Below, piece after piece: positions 36,414 through 45,670 of a stretch of DNA of 64,000 nucleotides (its first letter is position 1; each line of letters starts with the position of its first letter). The position numbers and the translations under genes were made by a program. The notes below the pieces were generated by a model, which was given only the letters and a program-made list of their open reading frames with translations, was not told the DNA's origin and did not search any database. The stretch is from NCBI GenBank assembly GCA_018052565.1, contig JAGPNC010000003.1, positions 587-64,586 on the forward strand, in the 5' to 3' direction. The stretch comes from Candidatus Shapirobacteria bacterium. Lineage in GTDB: Bacteria; Patescibacteriota; Microgenomatia; 0-14-0-10-38-17.

Positions 36414-37094
36414 ATGCCTGATCTTTATACCTCCTCACCAGCCAAAGAAGCGGAGACGCCCAAAAGAGAGAAAGAAGGAAAGCCGGCCCTTAAGGCTCAC
36501 GTCTCTCCTTTTAAGAAAATTGTCAAGGAAAATCTTCCCCCCAAGTGGGGTTTGGTAATTAATCCCCAGAAAATCAAGTTTGCCAGCCAGGAAAAAGATG
36601 AGGAAGTGCTGCTTTTGATCCGCCGCCACCCGATTACCAATTTTATCTGGATGGCCGCCTTTGTTTTAATGATTTTTGCTCTGCCGGCCGCCCGTCATTT
36701 TCAGTGGCTAGCGCCTCTCCCCTCTAATTTCCAAATGGTGATTGCTTTTGCCTGGTTAACGTTGGCGCTGGCAGTTTTTTGGGGCGGGTTTTTAAGCTGG
36801 TTTTTTAATGTTAATATCGTTTCCAACGAAAGAGTGGTGGACATTGATTTTTATAATCTTATCTACCGGGAGGTAACCGATGCGGAGGTGGGGAAAATTC
36901 AAGATGTCACTCATAAAATGGGCGGCCTCTTTGGGCTAATTTTTAATTATGGCGACGTTTTTATCCAAACGGCCGGGGCTAAACCGGAAATTGAATTCTT
37001 AAGAGTCCCCCGGCCGGCGCAAATAGCGGCAGTTTTGCGCCAGATTAGAGAAGAGGCGGAAAAAATGGAGAAATTAAATAGCATCAATGATTGA
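36414..37094 (+). CDS. membrane protein with bacterial PH (YdbS/YdbT-like) domain
   Basis: Two TM helices followed by a bPH-like segment. Confidence 0.4.
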   Translation: MPDLYTSSPAKEAETPKREKEGKPALKAHVSPFKKIVKENLPPKWGLVINPQKIKFASQEKDEEVLLLIRRHPITNFIWMAAFVLMIFALPAARHFQWLAPLPSNFQMVIAFAWLTLALAVFWGGFLSWFFNVNIVSNERVVDIDFYNLIYREVTDAEVGKIQDVTHKMGGLFGLIFNYGDVFIQTAGAKPEIEFLRVPRPAQIAAVLRQIREEAEKMEKLNSIND

Positions 37095-37326
37095 TCTTCA
37101 AAATTGGCTTAACATATTTCAGGGCTTTTCTTTTTGGTCGGCGGGGCGAATTTTTCTCCTGATTTATTTTTTGGGCTATTTAATTTTTAATCTTATTTTG
37201 GGTCGGCAAATTACTTTAATGAGTCAGCTTTTCGGGACAAGCCTTGAGCCCCTTTTAAAAATTTTTAACTGGCTGCTTTTTGGCTTGGGAGTTTTGGGAT
37301 TTTTGATGACCCTGACACTGGGATAA
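37087..37326 (+). CDS. small membrane protein
   Basis: A 79-aa hydrophobic ORF overlapping the stop of the upstream gene. Confidence 0.3.
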   Translation: MIDLQNWLNIFQGFSFWSAGRIFLLIYFLGYLIFNLILGRQITLMSQLFGTSLEPLLKIFNWLLFGLGVLGFLMTLTLG

Positions 37327-37369
37327 GCATAAATTGGGAAAAAAGAGAGGATTTGTGATATTCTTTTAA

Positions 37370-39151
37370 GTGATGGTTGAAGACAAGAAAAACTGGGCGA
37401 TTAAAGTTGGAAAAATTGTTGGGCCGCAAGACGAGACCCATTGGTCACAAACCCATGTTTTTGTGCCGCCGGAAAAAGAAAAGCGGGAGAAAAAGGGCTC
37501 TCTTTTGGCAGTTTTTTCCCTTGCTTCAGAAAGTTCTTTTCCTCCCGATTTGGGAAAGGAATTGATTTTTCGTCTTCAGGAAGAATATTATGGTCAAGCC
37601 CAGGGTTGGCCAATGCAAAACTTAATTGCCGCGGTGGAAAAGGTGGCAGCCGAGGTAGAAGAAAGCCGGTTGGGAGTGGAACTGGAAATTACGGCCGCAG
37701 TTTTTTGGCGGGGAATTTGGTATTTTATCACCAATGGCGAAGGGCGGGCTTATGTTAAGCGCGGCCCGACTCTTTCGGCGGTTTTATCAGGGGAAGGGAA
37801 AATTTCCTCTTCGTCGGGAAAGGCAGAAGCAGGCGACTTAATTCTTCTGGGCAACAATTTATTTTTCCAAAATTTACCGGCGGAAAGAGTGCGGCAGGCC
37901 CTTGAGACTTTTAGTCCCGCCTTGGCGGCAGAAACGCTAAGCCCATTTTTAGCTAAAGAAGGAAGGTTGGGGGCGGCGGCCTTGGCGGTGAAGCTAGAAG
38001 AAAGAGAAAAAGAAAGTGGCGAGAAAGAAAAAAGCGGGGGAGAAGAAAGACTAAATTTTTCGGGGGTAAAAGCAGGCCTTTCAAAATATGGCAAACCGGT
38101 CGTGCTGGTATTCTTTGTTTTACTCCTCATTTGGGCGGCTTTCTGGGGTGTAGGCAAGAAGAAAGAAAGTGATTTGTCAAAACAGCAAAAAATTTTAGTT
38201 CAGGCGGAGGAGAAAATTTCTCAGGCTCAAGCCTTGGCAGAACTTAACCCTCTTCAGGCGAAAACGATCCTCGAGGAGCAAAAAGCAGTTTTGGAAAAAA
38301 TTAAGGGTGAGGGAGAGTTGGGGGCCAAGAAGGAAGAGCTGGCGATTCGGCTCGAACAGCTTTTGACAAAAGTGAATCAGCCAGAAGAAGAAACCCCTTT
38401 GCCAAAAGAAGAATGGCCGGTTTTTTTAGAGACGCAAGAAATAAGCGATGTGGCTAATTTAGGCAAAACCATCTACATTCTTTCCCCGGAGTCGGGAAAG
38501 ATTTTCCAAATTGATTGGGAGGAAAAAACCAGCGCTGTTTTCTTAGGCGATGAAAAAATTAGCAAAATGCGCCTTATCGTTCCCCAGCTTAATAAAATGT
38601 TGCTTTTGGCTGACGACGGTATTCATCAGGCTGATAAAAGTAAATTGAGCCCCATTATCGAAAAAGAGGAAAGCTGGGGAAAAATAGTGAGCATGAGCTC
38701 CTGGCTCGGTAATCTCTACCTCTTAGATAGCACTAAAGATCAGATTTGGCAATATCCGGCTACTGCTAGCGGCTTTGGGGCAGCAAGGGAATGGATTAAG
38801 GAAAAGAAGCGGGATTTTTCCGAGCAGGCGAGAATGACCATTGATGGCGCGGTTTGGATTGTGGATCAGGGTACGGTTTTTCGCTATTGGAAGGGCTATG
38901 AGGAAAAAGTCTTTTCGCCCGAAGGCTTGGGGAAGGAAGTTCTGCCCTATACCACAGCCGATTTTGACCTTCTTTATCTTTGGGACAAAGAAAAAGGGAA
39001 AATAATTTCTCTAAACAAAGAAGACGGGAAAATTACGGGCGAAAAAAATATTGGCAAAATTGAAGGCGGCAGCAACTTTATTGTTTCTCCTGACCAAACA
39101 ATGGCTTTAATCGGGGCGGGAAAGAAGCTGGTAGAAATAGAGCTAAAATAA
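37370..39151 (+). CDS. hypothetical membrane-spanning protein (N-terminal cytoplasmic domain, one TM, C-terminal beta-rich domain)
   Basis: 593-aa ORF. I recognise no motif. Confidence 0.45.
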   Translation: MMVEDKKNWAIKVGKIVGPQDETHWSQTHVFVPPEKEKREKKGSLLAVFSLASESSFPPDLGKELIFRLQEEYYGQAQGWPMQNLIAAVEKVAAEVEESRLGVELEITAAVFWRGIWYFITNGEGRAYVKRGPTLSAVLSGEGKISSSSGKAEAGDLILLGNNLFFQNLPAERVRQALETFSPALAAETLSPFLAKEGRLGAAALAVKLEEREKESGEKEKSGGEERLNFSGVKAGLSKYGKPVVLVFFVLLLIWAAFWGVGKKKESDLSKQQKILVQAEEKISQAQALAELNPLQAKTILEEQKAVLEKIKGEGELGAKKEELAIRLEQLLTKVNQPEEETPLPKEEWPVFLETQEISDVANLGKTIYILSPESGKIFQIDWEEKTSAVFLGDEKISKMRLIVPQLNKMLLLADDGIHQADKSKLSPIIEKEESWGKIVSMSSWLGNLYLLDSTKDQIWQYPATASGFGAAREWIKEKKRDFSEQARMTIDGAVWIVDQGTVFRYWKGYEEKVFSPEGLGKEVLPYTTADFDLLYLWDKEKGKIISLNKEDGKITGEKNIGKIEGGSNFIVSPDQTMALIGAGKKLVEIELK

Positions 39152-39204
39152 AAAACAGGTGGGTATTATTATTCTTGCGTGTGCCGAGACAAATGGAGCT
39201 TTAA

Positions 39205-39375
39205 AAAATATTTAACGCAAAAATCAAAGATTAGAGATTAGAACCTAAATCAAAGCTCAAAAATATTTTTACATTTTGTTTTTAGTCTTTTCCGCCAGAG
39301 GCGCAGGCCAGAGGTCTGTCGGCCTTGGGCAGAGACCCGCCTTGGGCGGGAACTTTTAACTTTTGACTTTTAACT
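39205..39375. repeat. composite spacer with GC core (39291-39350), adjacent to the tmRNA 3' end
   Basis: The core is identical to the 20141-20200 copy. Confidence 0.8.
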
Positions 39376-39385
39376 TTTCTGCACA

Positions 39386-39749
39386 GGTGGAGATGGGGAG
39401 GAATGACCTCCCGTCCGAAAAAAACCCTTCTGAATTTCTCCAAGCTCAGTTAGCCCTTTAAATTTTCTTTTGGGATTTTCGCTGCTAACCGCTTTTCCCA
39501 AAAATAGCCTTTAATTCTCTGCTTTTTTTCTTAAGGCGAAGAAAAAAAGCGCCTCTTGCCTTCCGTTTTCACCTTCCCTGCCCCGACAAGAGAGGGAAAA
39601 GAAGATGCTTTTCCTTACGCGAAAGCGTAATTCAAAGAGTAGTCGACATTATTGTCGGCATTCTTTTTTGGTGAATTTTGACAGGGTAATCACCTTCCCT
39701 GGCTTGCCCTTCAGAACAGGCTTTCTCCGTCGATTCAAAGAGCATCCCC
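39386..39749 (-). ncRNA. ssrA: transfer-messenger RNA (tmRNA, SsrA)
   Basis: The 5' end GGGGAUGCUCUUUGAAUCGACGG matches the tmRNA consensus GGGGCUGAUUCUGGAUUCGACGG. The 3' end GGACGGGAGGUCAUUCCUCCCCAUCUCCACC closes an acceptor stem carrying the G3·U wobble. Internal tag reading frame: ADNNVDYSLNYAFA-UAA. The gene lies directly downstream of smpB. Confidence 0.7.
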
Positions 39750-39900
39750 AAAAAACTAAATTCAAAATTCACAAGTCAAAAATCAAAAGTACAAGTAAAA
39801 ATTCAAAATTGAAACAAAAACTTTTAACCTTTTACTTGTAATTTTGACTTTTGAGTTTTAACTTTTGACTTTTCTACGCAATTTGGCCATTTAGCAATAG
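39750..39900. repeat. AT-rich palindromic spacer element between smpB and ssrA
   Basis: aaattcaaaattcacaagtcaaaaatcaaaagtacaagtaaaaattcaaaattg… mirrored by ttttacttgtaattttgacttttgagttttaacttttgactttt. Confidence 0.75.
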
Positions 39901-39911
39901 AACAATTTAAT

Positions 39912-40313
39912 TTAATACTCTCTTCTCTCTCTTTTTTCTTTTCCTTTTTTCTTCTTTTTCCCTAATCCTACTTTTAGCTTAATCAAATTGCCCTTATTAT
40001 ACCATTCTAAGGCTAAAGGCGTCAACTTTTGTTGCTTAACTTTGTTATGGAGAGCCAGAATTTCTCTTTTTTTTAAAAGCAGGCGACGGCTTTGGCGGGG
40101 ATTAGGGGGGTTAAGGCCGGCCGCCGGTTGATAAGGGGCGATATAAGCGTTTTCCAAAAAAGCCTCGCCCTTTTTAATATTAATTAAACTTTGGTCAAGG
40201 GTCCCCTGCCCGGCGCGCAAGCTTTTTACCTCCGGACCGCTTAAGGCTATCCCCGCCTCAAGTTCGTCTAAAATTAAATAATCGCGATAGGCTTTATGAT
40301 TTTTGATAAGCAC
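39912..40313 (-). CDS. smpB: SsrA-binding protein
   Basis: YEILDELEAGIALSGPEVKSLR and a basic C-terminal tail. Confidence 0.85.
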   Translation of the reverse strand: MLIKNHKAYRDYLILDELEAGIALSGPEVKSLRAGQGTLDQSLINIKKGEAFLENAYIAPYQPAAGLNPPNPRQSRRLLLKKREILALHNKVKQQKLTPLALEWYNKGNLIKLKVGLGKKKKKGKEKRERREY

Positions 40314-40319
40314 GATAAA

Positions 40320-40410
40320 AGGTTAAAATTCAAAATTAAAAATTTAAAAGTTCAAGTAAAAATTCAAAAGTAAAACAAAAAAAATTTTGACTTTTGACTT
40401 TTAACTTTTG
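40320..40410. repeat. AT-rich palindromic spacer element
   Basis: ggttaaaattcaaaattaaaaatttaaaagttcaagtaaaaattcaaaagtaaaac… mirrored by ttttgacttttgacttttaacttttgaattt. Confidence 0.75.
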
Positions 40411-40451
40411 AATTTGGCTTTTATTTGAATAGCAAGTAATGCCCCCTACTT

Positions 40452-41174
40452 TTGTATTATACTTTATATACTATTATGCCTTTTTCTCTGCTTGATTTTC
40501 TTTACCCCCGTCACTGCCTCTTTTGTGGCCGAGAAGGCAGTTTTTTCTGCCCCGCTTGTTTTTCAAAAAAGCCCCTCATTTCTTTCCAAATTTGTCCGAT
40601 TTGCCAACATCCCAGTTTTTCCGGCCAAACCCATCCTTCCTGCCAGACAAAATTTAATTTAAATGGCTTGATCAGTCTTTTTTCTTACCCCGATTTTTCT
40701 TTGGCGATAAAGAAGATTAAATATCGGCCCTATTATTTTGCCGCCATAGAAGAGCTAATGAGTAAAGTTAACCCTATTTTAAAAAGCGAGGAAAGCTTTT
40801 GGCAATGGCGGCAGTTTGTGGAGGGGCAGCAGCCGGTGGTGATTCCCCTGCCGTTGGCCTCCGGCCGCGAGAAAGAGCGCGGTTTTAATCAGGCAGAATT
40901 AATGGCCCGTTTCCTGGCCTCTTTTTTTAAGCTTTCCTTTGATGACCATCTTTTGTGGCGGACAAAAGAAACGAGGCCGCAGTCTTTGTTAAAAAAAGAG
41001 GCAAGAAAAGCAAATGTTAAAGATGCTTTTGCCGTTTTGCCGGGGAAACGCTGTCCTCAGGCGGCGCTTTTGGTGGATGATGTTTGGACCAGCGGCGCGA
41101 GCCTTAAAAACGCGGCTACTGCCTTAAAACATGGGGGCGCTTCTTTAGTTTGGGGCTTTACCCTTTGCCGATAG
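40452..41174 (+). CDS. comFC: ComF-family competence protein / phosphoribosyltransferase domain (ComFC)
   Basis: N-terminal CxxC…CxxC zinc finger. C-terminal PRTase motif LLVDDVWTSGASL. Confidence 0.7.
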   Translation: MYYTLYTIMPFSLLDFLYPRHCLFCGREGSFFCPACFSKKPLISFQICPICQHPSFSGQTHPSCQTKFNLNGLISLFSYPDFSLAIKKIKYRPYYFAAIEELMSKVNPILKSEESFWQWRQFVEGQQPVVIPLPLASGREKERGFNQAELMARFLASFFKLSFDDHLLWRTKETRPQSLLKKEARKANVKDAFAVLPGKRCPQAALLVDDVWTSGASLKNAATALKHGGASLVWGFTLCR

Positions 41175-41254
41175 AAAGATAGTACGAGATGAACTTATTG
41201 AAGTATGGTTTTCTTTTATTGGCAAAAAAATTACTTTCCTGTGATTGGTTAAGT

Positions 41255-41360
41255 CAAAATTCAAAATTTAAAAGTCAAAAGTGGAAGTTAAAATTCAGAA
41301 GTAAAGCAAAAAACTTTTAGCTTTTAATTTTTAATTTTGAATTTTGACTTTTGAATTTTT
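41255..41360. repeat. AT-rich palindromic spacer element (3' of tRNA-Arg CCG)
   Basis: gtcaaaattcaaaatttaaaagtcaaaagtggaagttaaaattcagaagtaaagc… mirrored by ttttagcttttaatttttaattttgaattttgacttttgaattt. Confidence 0.75.
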
Positions 41361-41364
41361 TTAG

Positions 41365-41438
41365 TGCGCCTGGCCGGATTTGAACCGGCAATCTTTGGCT
41401 CCGGAGGCCAACGCTTTATCCAATTAAGCCACAGGCGC
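41365..41438 (-). tRNA. tRNA-Arg (anticodon CCG)
   Basis: Manual cloverleaf fold: acceptor GCGCCUG, anticodon loop CUCCGGA, T-loop UUCAAAU, 74 nt. Confidence 0.8.
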
Positions 41439-41816
41439 GGAAAAAGTATTAAGTATTATGTATTAGGTATTAAGTTATAGAATCAAAAGTCAAAAAAGAA
41501 CAAAAGGCAAGAGATCATTAAATCACGAGATTAAAAGGATAGCAACTCGTAACTAGTAATACGTCATTCTGACCCCACTCTGACGGGGGAAAAATTTCCT
41601 TCGCTTCGCTCATGGGCAGGATAACGATTGGGCGTAATTTGTTTTTGACAAAAGCGCTCTTAAGCGACGATATACTTTTTAAACCACCGTCTGCGGTGGC
41701 AGGCAGGAAAAATCCGTCGGCTCACGGTTAAAAGTTATCCTCCCACCGCAGATCGTTTTTTAATTTTTTCCTGCCCGCCGAAACCCCATCGTGTACAGGC
41801 ACGCCGGCAGGAAAAT

Positions 41817-42095
41817 TTATAAATTATTTTTCATCCAATCAGTTACTTCTTTTGAAACATTAAAAGTAGCCCAGCCTGTTCGCGTTACATCAATTACTAA
41901 TACCTTATCATTAGCATCAATTTTTGATTTTATTTCGTCTCGAACTTCAGAAACAGTCTTTGTGGTTTTAACAAGCCAAACAGATTGGAGCGGTTTGGCC
42001 CAATAAGGATATGATTTAAGATATTGAGATAGAAGTTTGTAGTCTTCGTATGTTTCGGGCAATCCCAAATCGTAAGTTATTAAAAAAGTATTCAT
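41817..42095 (-). CDS. small protein with Cas2/VapD-like sequence pattern (function unknown)
   Basis: A 92-aa ORF. It starts MNTFLITYDL, then runs …YPYWAKPLQSVW…DKVLVIDV, which parallels the Cas2 layout (ß1 YD, YG-RVQ-SVF, D-x-V-R-Y). Confidence 0.35.
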   Translation of the reverse strand: MNTFLITYDLGLPETYEDYKLLSQYLKSYPYWAKPLQSVWLVKTTKTVSEVRDEIKSKIDANDKVLVIDVTRTGWATFNVSKEVTDWMKNNL

Positions 42096-42105
42096 ATTTT
42101 TCCGT

Positions 42106-42396
42106 TTATTTCTCGCTACTTGCCTTAAAATAATAACCGATTATAAAACCAAGTGGCCCAGACAATATACCAGAGATAGCGAGTAGAAGATCTTTATTAT
42201 CTTGAATGCTATATTCTTTTAAAGTGCTAATCGATAAAGCAGCGGCTACTATCGCAAGGTATGCAATCACATAAATAAGGGCTATGTAGCTTCTTGTTGA
42301 TTCTCTTTTGGTCGCTCTCTGTTCTGCTGGGCCAGCAAGTTGGCTAGCCCCCGGCGGCGTTAAATCATCTATGTTTTGTTTTTCCTTCATCGCCAT
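42106..42396 (-). CDS. small two-TM membrane protein
   Basis: A 96-aa ORF. Confidence 0.35.
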   Translation of the reverse strand: MAMKEKQNIDDLTPPGASQLAGPAEQRATKRESTRSYIALIYVIAYLAIVAAALSISTLKEYSIQDNKDLLLAISGILSGPLGFIIGYYFKASSEK

Positions 42397-42398
42397 AA

Positions 42399-42636
42399 TT
42401 ATAAATCTCGTACATTGATTACTTCTCTTTTGCCATCTTTGGTTTCAATAATAATTTTGTATTCCCCGGCATCCTTAATAGCGTCTATTATTTTTATTCC
42501 TTTAACTAAAACATCTCCAAGCTTATCTTCCGAAATAGAAAGGTAATTGGCTAACTCTTTGAGTTTTTTCAACGCACTATTACCAAAACTAACATCGAAC
42601 CTTTCTTGTGTTTTTCTTTGTTCGGTTGTTGGCTTA

Positions 42637-42647
<11 letters not shown>
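42399..42647 (-). CDS. hypothetical small protein
   Basis: An 82-aa ORF whose start overlaps the upstream gene. Confidence 0.35.
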
Positions 42648-44284
<1,637 letters not shown>

Positions 44285-44462
44285 TTACTTGATTTTTAAT
44301 AATAGTTCAAATTTCGCCAGCGCGCCTGCGCGCGATAGGGTTTCGGTGAGCGGGTAAAATGAAGGGGGCTTTATAGTAAGAAATTTTTCGTCCGCAAGCC
44401 GACAGATTTTTCCTACTCACCGTTGCAAGCAGAATAATGCGGAGAACGCGTCGCGAATAAAC

Positions 44463-44552
44463 TGGCGGAGGGAGGGAGATTCGAACTCCCGTGGACAATA
44501 ATGCCCGCAAGGTTTTCGAGACCTGCCAGATAAGCCACTCCTGCATCCCTCC
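44463..44552 (-). tRNA. tRNA-Ser (anticodon CGA), long variable arm, CCA encoded
   Basis: Manual fold: acceptor GGAGGGA, anticodon loop CUCGAAA, long extra arm, T-loop UUCGAAU, 90 nt. Confidence 0.75.
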
Positions 44553-44599
44553 AAAAAAAACGCCTAAATTTAAACTAAAGACGCTAATTATAGCTAGGT

Positions 44600-44695
44600 C
44601 AAAATTCAAAATTTAAAATTCAAAAGTGAGGTAAAAAGCTTTTAGCTTTTAACTTGTAATTTTGAATTTTGCCTTTTGCATTTTGAATTTTTTTA
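44600..44695. repeat. AT-rich palindromic spacer element (between tRNA-Ser and tRNA-Arg GCG)
   Basis: ggtcaaaattcaaaatttaaaattcaaaagtgaggtaaaaagc… mirrored by ttttagcttttaacttgtaattttgaattttgccttttgcattttgaattt. Confidence 0.75.
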
Positions 44696-44696
44696 G

Positions 44697-44770
44697 TGCG
44701 CCTGGGGCGATTTGAACGCCCAACCGCCAGCTCCGCAAGCTGATGCTCTATCCAGTTGAGCTACAGGCGC
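44697..44770 (-). tRNA. tRNA-Arg (anticodon GCG as read)
   Basis: Manual fold: acceptor GCGCCUG, D-arm GCUCAACUGGAUAGAGC, anticodon stem UCAGC/GCUGG, loop UUGCGGA, T-loop UUCAAAU. Confidence 0.7.
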
Positions 44771-44819
44771 GAGAGAAGTATCAAGTATTAAGTATTATGT
44801 ATTAGGTATTAAGTATGAA

Positions 44820-45000
44820 AAATCTCAAATGTCAAATCTCAAGTAGAAATGTCAAAACGCAAATCTCAAAACTCAAAACTAAGAAATATTTTAAATTTTA
44901 AAAAGTTTTAACGTTTACCGTGTAGTTTTGCCATTTGACATTTGCGATTTGAGATTTTTTTGCCACTTGAGTTTTGAGATTTCTAAGCCATTTAGCGATT
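44820..45000. repeat. AT-rich palindromic spacer element, aaatgtcaaatctcaa variant
   Basis: Same variant k-mers as the 11500-11760 copy. Confidence 0.75.
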
Positions 45001-45068
45001 GAACAATTTAGCTATTCTTTCTTATTATATCAAACCTCACTTGCAAAAGGAGAAAAATTTGTTATACA

Positions 45069-45638
45069 ATGGTTTTAATGGCCGAAGAAAAGAAACCTCT
45101 TCCTAATCTTGAAAAAAGCGATGTCCGTTTTAAGGAAATTTTTTCCTGGGAAGCGCCGGAGCGGCCTTTCAAAAAAAGAAACAAAGAATTTTGGACCACT
45201 CTTCTTTCCCTGGTGCTGCTAATTTCCTTAATTCTTTTTTTTGCTAAAGAATATTTCTTAATCGCCACCATTTTTGCTCTTGTTTTTCTTTTTTACGTTC
45301 TTTCTACCCGTCCGCCCCAAAATATTACCTATAAAATTACTAATCAGGGAATTTTTTTAGCAGAAGCAAGATATAATTGGCCAGTTTTGCATTCTTTTTG
45401 GATTGAAGACGATGAAGGGCAGTCGATTTTGAATGTGAGTACTTACCTTAATTTTCCAAAGCGCTTGATTTTACCCTTAGGTGAGCAAGATGAAAAAACG
45501 ATCCGGCAGGTGTTGGAGAATTTTTTGCCCTACGAGAAGCCGGAACCTACTTTTATTGAAAAAGCAACCAGTTGGCTGGCAAAAACTTTCCCCTTAGAAG
45601 AAAAGCCCCAAAAACAAGCCCCGCCGGTAGAGAAATAG
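45069..45638 (+). CDS. membrane protein with bPH-like domain
   Basis: Two TM helices. The architecture is similar to 36414-37094. Confidence 0.4.
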   Translation: MVLMAEEKKPLPNLEKSDVRFKEIFSWEAPERPFKKRNKEFWTTLLSLVLLISLILFFAKEYFLIATIFALVFLFYVLSTRPPQNITYKITNQGIFLAEARYNWPVLHSFWIEDDEGQSILNVSTYLNFPKRLILPLGEQDEKTIRQVLENFLPYEKPEPTFIEKATSWLAKTFPLEEKPQKQAPPVEK

Positions 45639-45670
45639 CTTTCTGATAGCGGCTTCCTGCTATAATTATA

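Noticed and set aside
37377-38157. Several 60-135-aa ORFs on both strands
   Set aside because: They are nested within the 593-aa gene 37370-39151, in alternative frames.
39605-39841. 78-aa ORF on the plus strand
   Set aside because: It lies antisense within the tmRNA gene. It is spurious.
44307-44609. 100-aa ORF on the minus strand
   Set aside because: It overlaps tRNA-Ser(CGA) and AT-repeat sequence. It is spurious.
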